Source: Candidatus Methanomethylophilaceae archaeon (GTDB taxonomy: Archaea > Thermoplasmatota > Thermoplasmata > Methanomassiliicoccales > Methanomethylophilaceae). Taken from it: 64,000 bases of DNA. Below, piece after piece: positions 28,766 to 37,816 of this stretch. Below the pieces are notes generated by a model. It saw nothing but the letters and a program-made list of their open reading frames with translations, made no database searches and was not told where the DNA came from. Position 1 is the first letter of the stretch. Every line of letters starts with the position of its first letter. The stretch is taken from positions 139,313 through 203,312 of the forward strand of contig CALUHR010000003.1 of the NCBI GenBank assembly GCA_944320495.1, written 5' to 3'. Made by a program: the position numbers and the translations under genes.

Positions 28766-29674
28766 ATGACAGTCTACAACAGCATAACCGAGACGATCGG
28801 GGACACGCCGATGATCCGCCTCAACAGCATGGCGCCGCCGGGATCCCACGTCTACGTCAAGAGGGAGAGCGTCAACCCCAGCGGCTCCATCAAGGACCGC
28901 GCCGCGCTGTCCATCATCGACGACGCGGTCGCCCGCGGTCTGCTGAAGGAGGGCGGGACGATCATCGAGCCCACCTCCGGGAACATGGGCATCGGCCTCG
29001 CGATGATAGCCGCGGCCCGCGGCTACAAGGCGGTCATCGTCATGCCGGAAACCATGAGCAAGGAACGCATCTCCCTGATGCGCGCCTACGGGGCTGAGGT
29101 CGTCCTCTCCCCTGGCGCGCAGGGCATGCAGGGCTCCGTGGACATGGCGAACGAGATCGCGAGGGAGCGCGGCGGATTCATCGCGGGACAGTTCGACAAC
29201 CCCGCCAACTCCGCGGCCCACCGCACCGGGACTGGGAAGGAGATCCTCAGGGACCTCCCCGACGTGGACCTCGTCTACGCCGGCTTCGGCACCGGCGGCA
29301 CGGCCACCGGGATCGCCATGGCCTTCAGGGACGCGGGGTCCAAGGCCCAGGTCATCGGGATAGAGCCGGCCGAGAGCCCCCTGGTCTCCGAGGGGAGGGC
29401 GGGCCCGCACGCCATCCAGGGCATCGGAGCCAACTTCGTCCCCGGTAACCTGAACAGGGACCTCCTCGGAGGGGTCGAGACCGTCACCGGCGATGACGCC
29501 GTACGCACGGCGGTCGAGCTCTGCAGGAAAGAAGGCATCTTCTGCGGCATATCCTCCGGCGCCAACGTATTCGCCGCCATCCGCGCCGCCAGGGAGCATC
29601 CCGAGAAGCGCATCGTCGCCATCCTGCCGGACGGAGGGGACAGATACCTCAGCACCGGCATGTTCGACGAGTGA
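28766..29674 (+). CDS. cysK: Cysteine synthase (O-acetylserine sulfhydrylase)
   Basis: [44 protein letters not shown]. Confidence 0.95.
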   Translation: MTVYNSITETIGDTPMIRLNSMAPPGSHVYVKRESVNPSGSIKDRAALSIIDDAVARGLLKEGGTIIEPTSGNMGIGLAMIAAARGYKAVIVMPETMSKERISLMRAYGAEVVLSPGAQGMQGSVDMANEIARERGGFIAGQFDNPANSAAHRTGTGKEILRDLPDVDLVYAGFGTGGTATGIAMAFRDAGSKAQVIGIEPAESPLVSEGRAGPHAIQGIGANFVPGNLNRDLLGGVETVTGDDAVRTAVELCRKEGIFCGISSGANVFAAIRAAREHPEKRIVAILPDGGDRYLSTGMFDE

Positions 29675-29678
29675 TAGG

Positions 29679-30605
29679 ATGCCGGTCAAGATCCCGGACG
29701 ACCTGCCGGCAGCGGCCGTGCTGGAATCCGAGAACATATTCGTGATGTCCGCCAGGAGGGCGGACACCCAGGACATCCGCCCGCTGGAGATCCTCATCCT
29801 GAACCTCATGCCCACCAAGGTCGAGACCGAGATCCAGATCCTCAGGTGCCTGAGCAACAGCCCGCTCCAGACGAACGTCACGCTGCTCCAGATGTCCTCT
29901 CACGAATCGAAGAACACCTCCGCGGAGTACCTGGAACGCTTCTACAAGACCTTCGACGACGTCAGAGAGATGAAGTTCGACGGGATGATCATCACCGGGG
30001 CCCCCCTCGAATCGATAGAATACGAGGACGTGGACTACTGGCCGGAGTTCTGCGAGATCATGGACTGGACGCTCACCAACGTCTGCTCCACCCTCTACAT
30101 CTGCTGGGGCGCCCTCGCCGGGCTGTACTACCACTACGGGATACCGAAGCACTCCATGGACTCGAAGGTCTCAGGGATCTTCGAGCACCGCGTGCTCATA
30201 CCGAACGAGCCCATAGTCAGAGGCTTCGACGACCGCTTCTTCATGCCTCAGTCGAGGCACTCGGAGGTCAGGGCGGAGGACATCGCGGCGAACCCGCATC
30301 TGCACATCATCTGCGCCTCCGAGGACTCCGGCGTCGCCGTGGTCCAGTCGGAGATGAACCAGACGTTCATCACGGGACATCTGGAGTATGATGCCGCGAC
30401 GCTGTCGTACGAGTACGAGAGGGACCTGAACGCCGGCAAGAACCCGCACGTGCCGGACAACTACTTCGAGGACGACGACCCGCACAAAGACCCGGTGGTC
30501 AGGTGGAGGGCCCATGCCACGCTCTTCTACACCAACTGGCTCAACTACTGCGTGTACCAGGAGACCCCGTACGACATCGACGAGATCGGCAGGCGCCGAT
30601 CGTGA
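29679..30605 (+). CDS. metA: MetA-family homoserine O-acyltransferase, predicted acetyltransferase
   Basis: [22 protein letters not shown] (Glu at the acyl-specificity position), ICWGA, GHLEYD. Confidence 0.92.
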   Translation: MPVKIPDDLPAAAVLESENIFVMSARRADTQDIRPLEILILNLMPTKVETEIQILRCLSNSPLQTNVTLLQMSSHESKNTSAEYLERFYKTFDDVREMKFDGMIITGAPLESIEYEDVDYWPEFCEIMDWTLTNVCSTLYICWGALAGLYYHYGIPKHSMDSKVSGIFEHRVLIPNEPIVRGFDDRFFMPQSRHSEVRAEDIAANPHLHIICASEDSGVAVVQSEMNQTFITGHLEYDAATLSYEYERDLNAGKNPHVPDNYFEDDDPHKDPVVRWRAHATLFYTNWLNYCVYQETPYDIDEIGRRRS

Positions 30606-30611
30606 AAACCA

Positions 30612-30635
30612 GGCGGTCCGAGGGATCGGACCGCC
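30612..30635. terminator. Hairpin between convergent metA and radical SAM genes
   Basis: Perfect 10-bp stem GGCGGTCCGA-GGGA-TCGGACCGCC. Confidence 0.75.
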
Positions 30636-30727
30636 GCCTCCTTTCGATGTGTGACCTCATGCCAGCGCATCGGCAGAATTCCTCGGAGATCCCCATGGGA
30701 CCATGAGAAGGGCGCTGCAATCCGGGA

Positions 30728-31861
30728 TCGCTGGCTGACCACCCTCGGGTTCACGAGCTTCCCGACGAGGGCGTCCCTGACGAACATGTTTATGCCCGAG
30801 TAGTCGCCGTCCGAATCCAGGAGCTTCTGGACCTCGTCGGCTATGTGTGTGAACACCTCGCGGAAGATCCTGCATGAGTCCCCGTCGGTGTTCTCGAGGC
30901 CTACCTCGTGGTAGGCGTCCATGCTGCACCCTCCGTTGCAGAACCTGTAGATGGGACACGAGGCGCACTTCTCCCTGCGGGCGACGGAACCCGCCAGGAT
31001 CCTACGGAAGCCCTCAGAATGGAAGGCCTCGTCGAGGCTGGAGATGGAATTCACATTGCCCATGCAGAACTCTGGCGGGCAGGCCTTGGCACACGGGTAT
31101 ATCGAACCGTCGGGGTTGACGCAGACCCACTTGGTGAGACAGGATGTGTGGGCGCAGTCCGAGGGCGTGGGATCGCCCAGATAGTTGAGGACGTAGAGGT
31201 AGTGCGGGATCAGGGGGACCTTGCTGCCGGCGTCATGGAGCCATGTGTCGAAGGCCTCTATGCTGCCCCTGATGTACTCGTCCGGATCCGGGACGGTGCC
31301 GTTGCATCTGGCGCATCCCGCCGGAATCACCGGGGACATGGAGATGTTCGTCCCCCTGTCGCGATAGTACTCGTAGATCTCCCTCTGCTTCAGCGCCGTC
31401 TCGCGGGAGATTGTGGCGCTGACGGAGTACTTGTTATCCTTGTCGGATAGCATCGAGATGGCCTTCTCGGGATCCAGCTCCCTCAGAACATTGTTGTAGG
31501 GACCTTCGCACGACACGCCGACGTTGATCATCTTCTCGCGGCAGTATGCCATGAGACGGCGGTTGAGGAGCGTCCCGTTGGTCTGTATGGTGTTCCCCAC
31601 ACGGAAGGAGGACTTTCCGAAGTGCTTCTCCTCCAGCTCGATGGCCTTCTTGTAGAAAGACATCGGGACGGTGAGCGGCTCCCCGCCGTGCCATATGAAC
31701 CAGGCCGCCTGGTACTCGGTGGCGACCATGCCCATGAGACGGTCCAGCGTCTCAAGGCTCATCTCTCCCCGGACGCGCTCGTCCGGGGCATGATAGCAAT
31801 GGCTGCAGGATTCGTTGCAGAAAAGGGTCGGTTTTATGACGACCGATATGTACGGCTTCAT
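30728..31861 (-). CDS. Radical SAM/SPASM-domain protein (anSME-like, probable peptide maturase)
   Basis: CNESCSHC, WHGGEPL, QTNGTL; SPASM CAHTSC...YPC...CASC.....CNGGC...C. Ends NPRVVSQ-CGA at 30728-30730. The standard-code ORF runs through the terminator into metA, to 30545. Confidence 0.9.
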
Positions 31862-31878
31862 GGCCGGCTTCCGCCGGC

Positions 31879-32187
31879 TCAGAAGGGCCAGTAGGTCCAG
31901 ACGCCGTTGAATCCATTGGTGGCGTAGCAGCAGCAGATGCAGCAGACCACGACGCAACCGACGACGCAGGCGTGCCATCCCATACTGTTGCAGTATCCCT
32001 TCTCGCTGCAGCAGCAGTAGTCGCACTTGGAGTCTCCGCCGTGGTCCTCGTCGGCCGCCTTGTCGAAGCGCTCGTCATGGGTGTGCTCCTGGGGGAGTCC
32101 CTCCATCGCGAACGCGATGAAAGCCGAGGGGGACTGGCTCTCGTAAATCGCTGTCAGGTTGTCTACGGATTCCACGTCGTAAGCCAT
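31879..32187 (-). CDS. Cys-rich small protein, candidate RiPP precursor
   Basis: 102 aa: an acidic Cys-free half ending in GG (residues 50-51), then 12 Cys in residues 55-87. Ends 17 nt upstream of the rSAM start. Confidence 0.8.
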   Translation of the reverse strand: MAYDVESVDNLTAIYESQSPSAFIAFAMEGLPQEHTHDERFDKAADEDHGGDSKCDYCCCSEKGYCNSMGWHACVVGCVVVCCICCCYATNGFNGVWTYWPF

Positions 32188-32315
32188 TGCTCAATCACCT
32201 ACCACTGCTGGCTGGTTGAGCTTCCGAACCTATATTGCGTATTTATGACTTTTCGGAACGACCGTACATCAGACAGCCCAGCGGAACCCTTATCCGCACG
32301 ATACGTTCACGGTGC

Positions 32316-32417
32316 ATGGACGACAGGACGCTCGGATACATCCTGATCGCGGCGGTCTTCGCCGTGGCACTGTATGCCTCGTTCCTCATGGCCCGGCGGA
32401 TCCCGCCCAAGGAGCGA
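32316..32417 (+). CDS. 33-aa single-TM small protein
   Basis: MDDRTLGYILIAAVFAVALYASFLMARRIPPKE, then CGA. A gene only if CGA is a stop; otherwise it reads out of frame across the DUF5685 gene. Confidence 0.55.
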
Positions 32418-32472
32418 GTGGGATCGCAGGGAAGTACGGCATCCGTCGACCACACGCATACGGGCGAACGAC

Positions 32473-33381
32473 ATGTTCGGATACACCACCCCAGCTTACG
32501 GAAGGCTCTCCCCGACCGACAACCGCACCTACCGCAGGTACTACTGCGAGGGATGCCATCAGCTCAGGGACGGCTACGGCCTCACCGGGACCGGGACGGT
32601 GAACTACGACATGACGTTCAACACCATCCTCCTCGAGGGGCTGGTCTGCGACTGCCCCGACTTCGGGCCCACGACCCGCAGGATCTGCGTACTAGACTCC
32701 CCCAAGGCCGACTCCAGGCTTATGCACGAGATGGCCGCCTACACCCTCATACTCACGAAATGGGAGCTCTACGACGACGAGACCGACATGCCGTCGATAA
32801 AGACGAAGCTCATCTCCCTGACTCTGAACCGCGCCATACAGAAGGCCGTCTCCGAGTTCCCGGAGTACGACAGGATGGTCGGGGAGGGATTCATGCGCCT
32901 CCGCGACATGGAGCTGGCGGGATGCAGGGACGCTCTCTCCATGGGAAGGGAGTTCGGCAGGGGCCTGACGGGACCGCTCGAGGGCATCGCCGGCGACTTC
33001 TACACGGAGGACCTGGGCGACGTCTTCACCCAGCTGACCGCCGCGGTGTACGTCATGGATACGATAGACGACCTGGACGACGACTTCATGGACGGTACCT
33101 ACAACCCGCTGCTCCCCGAGACGGGATACGTCAACGCGCGCACCCTCGTCGACAGGGACGTCATGAGGTTCACGTCCCTCGTGTCCGAGGCGGTGGGATC
33201 CCTCCAGTCCGCCTACTCCAAGGTGCGCCCCTCCATGCGCGGGAACGTCTCCCTCTGCGACAACATCGTCTACTACGGCATACCGGAATCGGCCAAGCGC
33301 GTCATAATGGGCGATGCGAAGGCCAAGGCCAGCGTCAAGAACATCCTGTCGAACAGGAAGGACAGGCTGGCATCGGAATGA
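32473..33381 (+). CDS. DUF5685-like protein with DDxxD motifs
   Basis: MFGY..P, YCEGC..L...YG, NYDM.F, WELYDDETD, YVMDTIDDLDDD..G.YNPL. Confidence 0.8.
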   Translation: MFGYTTPAYGRLSPTDNRTYRRYYCEGCHQLRDGYGLTGTGTVNYDMTFNTILLEGLVCDCPDFGPTTRRICVLDSPKADSRLMHEMAAYTLILTKWELYDDETDMPSIKTKLISLTLNRAIQKAVSEFPEYDRMVGEGFMRLRDMELAGCRDALSMGREFGRGLTGPLEGIAGDFYTEDLGDVFTQLTAAVYVMDTIDDLDDDFMDGTYNPLLPETGYVNARTLVDRDVMRFTSLVSEAVGSLQSAYSKVRPSMRGNVSLCDNIVYYGIPESAKRVIMGDAKAKASVKNILSNRKDRLASE

Positions 33382-33606
33382 TCCGGCGGGGTCGAAGTCC
33401 GAGCACACGTCCAGGGAGTCCCTGGGCTCCGAATGCCTGGAGCACATGCCCCCACTCCACGACCTGCAGCTGCCACAGCATCCCGGACGGTACCTCCCGC
33501 ATCCGTCCTCCGGTCCCGTCGGCCTGGATTCCGGCATGCACACCCACACATCGTCCGAATGAGCGCAGAGGCGACACGTGCGGCACTTCCCGTAGCTCTC
33601 GTCCAT
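33373..33606 (-). CDS. Small protein with a tandem 4-Cys repeat
   Basis: Two copies of CxxC-x7/8-C-x12-C-xx[YF]xP in 77 aa. Ends at CGA 33373-33375. Buried inside track ORF 32692..33669. Confidence 0.65.
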
Positions 33607-33629
33607 GGACGGACATGTGCGGGAGGACC

Positions 33630-34331
33630 TTATCGGTTTCCGTCGGCCGTGAGACGGTCCAGCATCCATGACATCCCGCGCGCCATCCTGCCGGCCGGAT
33701 CGGTGAAGTGGTTGCCGGGATTCATCTCCAGTACCACATCGGACACGTTCGGATCGCTCCCGTACGCCGTCCTGACGGATCTTATAGCATCGCCGACCGA
33801 TGCCATCACCGGGTTCCTCGCCTTCTCCTCCTTGGTCCCGAGGCTCAGATACACGTATGAACCCTCAGGGGCGCCGCGTCCGGCCGCGTACTCGGTCCAT
33901 CCCGGATACCATACGGACGGGGAGCATGCCACCGCCCCTCTGAACAGGCCGGTCTCGTGGAACGCCCAGAGGGAGAACAGGCCAGCCAGCGAGTATCCGC
34001 ATACGGCGAGAGGGACATCGTCCCCCGCCTCCAGAGCGTCCCTCGCCCGAGGGACCCATTCGTCCCTCAGACGCTCGAGGGTCTCCCCTCCGCCTCCCGT
34101 GAAAGCCCTCGCTCCCATGACGGGTTCGGATGACCAGGGCGTGAGCCCCGAATCCCAGTCCCCCACCCTGCATTCGACGATCGCGAAGCGCGGATCCGTC
34201 GCAGACAGCCTCACCTTCCGGATCACATCGTCCGCGATGCCCGCCTCATGATCCCCGGTCATCCAGAACAGCACCGCGTCGGGACCCGGGTCCCCCGTGA
34301 TGCGGATGTCGTCCGCCCAGACTCCGTCCAT
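33630..34331 (-). CDS. Alpha/beta hydrolase (esterase, IroE-like)
   Basis: GYSLAGLF nucleophile elbow, SPSVW, YLSLG.KE, NPGNHF. Ends AAC CGA TAA. Confidence 0.85.
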   Translation of the reverse strand: MDGVWADDIRITGDPGPDAVLFWMTGDHEAGIADDVIRKVRLSATDPRFAIVECRVGDWDSGLTPWSSEPVMGARAFTGGGGETLERLRDEWVPRARDALEAGDDVPLAVCGYSLAGLFSLWAFHETGLFRGAVACSPSVWYPGWTEYAAGRGAPEGSYVYLSLGTKEEKARNPVMASVGDAIRSVRTAYGSDPNVSDVVLEMNPGNHFTDPAGRMARGMSWMLDRLTADGNR

Positions 34332-34388
34332 TGAGATCGCCTACGCACCGCAGTTCATTGATTAAATATGGAATGGGGTTGGGGGTGC

Positions 34389-34955
34389 ATGGTCGTCAGG
34401 GTAGCGTACATGGGAATCCCGGGCTCCAACTCCGAGCAGGCGGCGACTGAGCTCGCCGGCGCCATGGGCTGGGACGTCTTCGTACTCATTCCTAAGGAGG
34501 ACTCCAGGAACACTGTTGCAGCCCTCGATTCCGGGGAGGCGGACTACGGTGTCGTCGCATCCCGCAACGTCACCGCCGGACCCGTAGAGGAGACTGAGAG
34601 GTCCCTCGAGGGGAGGGGTGACATCGAGATCCTCAGGGCCCTCTGGCTGCCCATCCACCACTGCGTCTTCGTTAAGCATCCCGGGGTGAGCGTCAGACGC
34701 GTCGCCTCCCACATCCAGGCCCTCCTGCAGACGAAGGAGCACCTCAATATGCTCTATCCGGACTCCGACAGGGTCGAGGTATCCGACACGGCCGTCGCGG
34801 CCGAGATGCTCTCGGACGGCAGGCTCCCCGAGGACACCGCGGTGGTCTGCCGCCGCAACGCAGGGGAGATGTTCAGGCTCCACCTCGTCCACGAGAACAT
34901 CGAGGACATGGAGGGGAACATGACGGAGTTCGAACTCCTGAGGCTCAGACGATGA
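34389..34955 (+). CDS. pheA: Prephenate dehydratase catalytic domain (no ACT domain)
   Basis: VAYMGIPGSNSEQA, LPIHHC, SHIQAL.Q, DTA.AA, NIED..GNMT.F. Ends AGA CGA TGA. Confidence 0.8.
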   Translation: MVVRVAYMGIPGSNSEQAATELAGAMGWDVFVLIPKEDSRNTVAALDSGEADYGVVASRNVTAGPVEETERSLEGRGDIEILRALWLPIHHCVFVKHPGVSVRRVASHIQALLQTKEHLNMLYPDSDRVEVSDTAVAAEMLSDGRLPEDTAVVCRRNAGEMFRLHLVHENIEDMEGNMTEFELLRLRR

Positions 34956-35488
34956 TCGCCGAACAGATAGAGAAGGACGCCCGCCGTCTGGACGAGATCA
35001 TCGCCGGATACAACAAAGAGGCGAACCGCGCCAAGCAGTCCAGGGATGAGTTCCACAGACGCGCCTCCGAGCTCGCGGACCGCAGGGACAAGCTCCAGAA
35101 GAAGGCCAAGTCCCTCTCCGCGGAGGCTGCCGTCTACAAAGCTCGCAGGGACGACGCCAACCTCACCGCCAAGGAATGCCGCGCCCGCAGGGACGAGTGG
35201 AACGACCGCGGGGCCAGAATGCGCGCGTCCGGAGGCCTCGGCGACATCGGCGAGTGCAAATCGCAGGCGAACAGCTGGCACCAGAAGGCGGTCAAGGCCT
35301 CCGAGGACGCCAACACCGCCCACGAGAAGATGCATCAGCTCTACGACGAGGCGGACAGGCTTAGGGCGGAGGCGCAGAAGTGCCACGAACAGTACCTCGA
35401 CTGCAAAAGGGGCGCCGACGCGGAGCACACGAGATACATCCAGGCCGTCAGGAGCATAGAGCGCGTGAGGGAGAACCTCCCCGATCGA
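34952..35488 (+). CDS. Archaeal coiled-coil protein (COG1340-like)
   Basis: Heptad-rich R/K/E sequence. Ends RENLPD-CGA at 35486-35488; the standard-code stop is at 35638. Confidence 0.75.
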
Positions 35489-36036
35489 GGGCGCAGCATC
35501 ACGTCCCCGCGCCTTATCGCCATGAAACGGTACTCGCGCATCCTCCCGGTCTTCGGGTCCGGGAGCTCGAGGATGCCTGTCTCCCTGAAGTTCGATTTCT
35601 CGAGACATCTGCCGGAAGCCTCGTTCTCGGTATCGTGACGGGCCTGGATCCACTCGTAGCTGGTGGTGTCGAACACATAGTTCACCACCGCCCTCAGGGC
35701 CTCGGTCATGTAACCGCGGTCCCAGTACCGCTGAGAGAGGCAGTATCCTATCTCACAGTAGCCCTTCTCCGGATGCTCCCTCACCACGGTTATGCTGCCT
35801 ATCGGCTCGTCGCTCCCGCGCAGCGTTATGCACCAGTCCATGGTGCCGCTCGCGTATTCTGACACCCACTCGGCTATCGTCCGGCGGCTCACCTCCGGAT
35901 CTGGATGGGTCTCCCACGACAGGAATCTGGTGACGTCCGGGTCGGACATCCAGTTCCTGAACGCGGCCTCGGCATCGTCCTCCCTGAACCTCCTCAGTTG
36001 GAGGCGCTCGGTCAGGAGGCGCGCCGTACCCCTCAT
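35485..36036 (-). CDS. GNAT N-acetyltransferase (RimJ/RimL-like)
   Basis: TERLQLRRF, EIGYCL..RYW.RGYMTEAL, N.ASGRCLEK. Ends at CGA 35485-35487, giving 183 aa. The standard-code stop is at 35341. Confidence 0.9.
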
Positions 36037-36171
36037 CTCGAAGCCTCCGCGGCCACTGGACGGCCCGACTGAACATCAGACATCGGACATCCGTATGCCG
36101 GGCATTAGAAAAATGGATGCGTCCCATCGGATCGACGGAACACATCCTGGAATTTGATCCGGCCTCCGGGA

Positions 36172-36678
36172 TCGCACCCGGGGCTCGGTACCGGGGCTCC
36201 TGCGATGGATTATCCCCCGGACGACGCTGTACGGGATGTCCATGGACAAGGATATGTCCAGGCATCCGCGGCCTCTGCGGTACTCCCTCATGACGTCGTC
36301 CTCCATCAGCATGGACATCTCCCTCGGAGGTATCACGACCTCCGGCTCGATGTCCCACAGACGGGTTCCGCAGAACGGGCAGCGCTTCGGCAAATGGGAG
36401 CTCTTGGAGTCCCAGGAGACGCCGCACCTCAGGCACCTGTACGACTTCAGGGGGACGTTCCACTGATGGGATCCGCAGGACGGGCAGCGCTTGGGCTTGC
36501 CGTCATGGGAGTTCCATGTGTGGCCGCATCTTACGCAGGTGACCTTCAGGTCCGGATTGTTCCATTTGACCGAACGGCAGCGTGGGCAACGCTTGGGTGG
36601 CTGTCCCCTGCGGGGCATCCACTCATAGGAGCACCTGTGACACACCAATCTGGATTCTGGGGCGAACTGTGGATGCAT
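36172..36678 (-). CDS. Triple zinc-ribbon repeat protein with a C-terminal HTH-like segment
   Basis: Three copies of CxRC.x.W...PKRCPxC.S/T..W. Ends EPRV-CGA at 36172-36174; the standard-code stop is at 36076. Confidence 0.8.
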
Positions 36679-36775
36679 AATAAATATTCTACCTTATGGA
36701 TATATGAACATTTGTACTTAGAAAATGAAACAAACGTTATTGGTCCGACGACCTTAGTCGATTTAGAATGCTACA

Positions 36776-37816
36776 TCACCATCCAAGATTGAATGCGATG
36801 TAGACAGACATGTACACTTCTGCCCACTTGGGTCTGCGCATCATCGCGTAGGCTCCGCGGGCGAGCGAGTACCCCTTGCGGAAAGGCCCCATGGCGTCGG
36901 CGATCTCCTCCGGCCCCCATGACGCGAACGTGTCGTGCGCGCCCATGAAGTGGGGACTGAACATCGGGTTGCGGGACACCCAGTGCTGGTACCTCTCGAG
37001 CCTGCCGTCTGCCATCGCCCTGGCCGCCTCCCTTCCGGATAGGAGCGCAGCGCCTATGCCTCCGAAGCACAGGGGGTTGGCGAGGCATGCGGCGTCACCC
37101 GCGATTGCGCAGCACCCGTCCACGACCCTCTCCTGGACGCCGAACGGCAGGTCCCTGGCGCCCCAGTCCACGATCCCCTCCACCTCGGACGGGTCTGTGT
37201 GCCCCCTCGGGAACCCGATGGACACTTTTCCGGGGCCGGAGGGGAAGCGCCAGCCGTAGAACCCGTCCCCGTATCCTCCGACGGTGAACGAGAGCACGTC
37301 CTCCTCGCCCTCGGCTATGCAGTTGAATACCTGCAGCCTCCTCGTCGGACCGGTGCCGAAGACGTCTCTCCGAACCGCCGAATGCGCACCGTCGGCACCT
37401 ATCAGACCGCGACAGCGGATCCTGCGTCCGTCGGTGAGCTCCAGGGTGTATCCGACGTCGTCCGTCCCAACGGAGCGGACGGACCCGCGGATGATGTCGG
37501 CATCACAGCCGTCCATGAGCTCCGACAGCATCAACGGGCGGTCTACGACCATGCCGCCGACCGGGATGTCGACGGAGATCTCGTCGGAGAACGCTATGCG
37601 GATCGTGTCCACCCTGCGGACGCAGCCGCTGGGCCTCCAGCCCAGCTTCCCGAACGTCCTGTCGCTGACCGCCTCCCCGCAAATCCTGTGGTAGCGGCCG
37701 AAGCCCTCGTCGTGGAGGCGCTCGATGCACGCGACGGAGATGCCCCTCCCGGACAGCTCCCTGACCGCGGACGCACCGGCGGGACCGGATCCCACCACCG
37801 CGACGTCGTACGTCAT
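36776..37816 (-). CDS. Geranylgeranyl reductase-like FAD oxidoreductase
   Basis: DVAVVGSGPAG, ICGEAV, DR..L, GADG..S.VR, YGW.FP, GDAA...NP..FGGI. Confidence 0.85.
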   Translation of the reverse strand: MTYDVAVVGSGPAGASAVRELSGRGISVACIERLHDEGFGRYHRICGEAVSDRTFGKLGWRPSGCVRRVDTIRIAFSDEISVDIPVGGMVVDRPLMLSELMDGCDADIIRGSVRSVGTDDVGYTLELTDGRRIRCRGLIGADGAHSAVRRDVFGTGPTRRLQVFNCIAEGEEDVLSFTVGGYGDGFYGWRFPSGPGKVSIGFPRGHTDPSEVEGIVDWGARDLPFGVQERVVDGCCAIAGDAACLANPLCFGGIGAALLSGREAARAMADGRLERYQHWVSRNPMFSPHFMGAHDTFASWGPEEIADAMGPFRKGYSLARGAYAMMRRPKWAEVYMSVYIAFNLGW

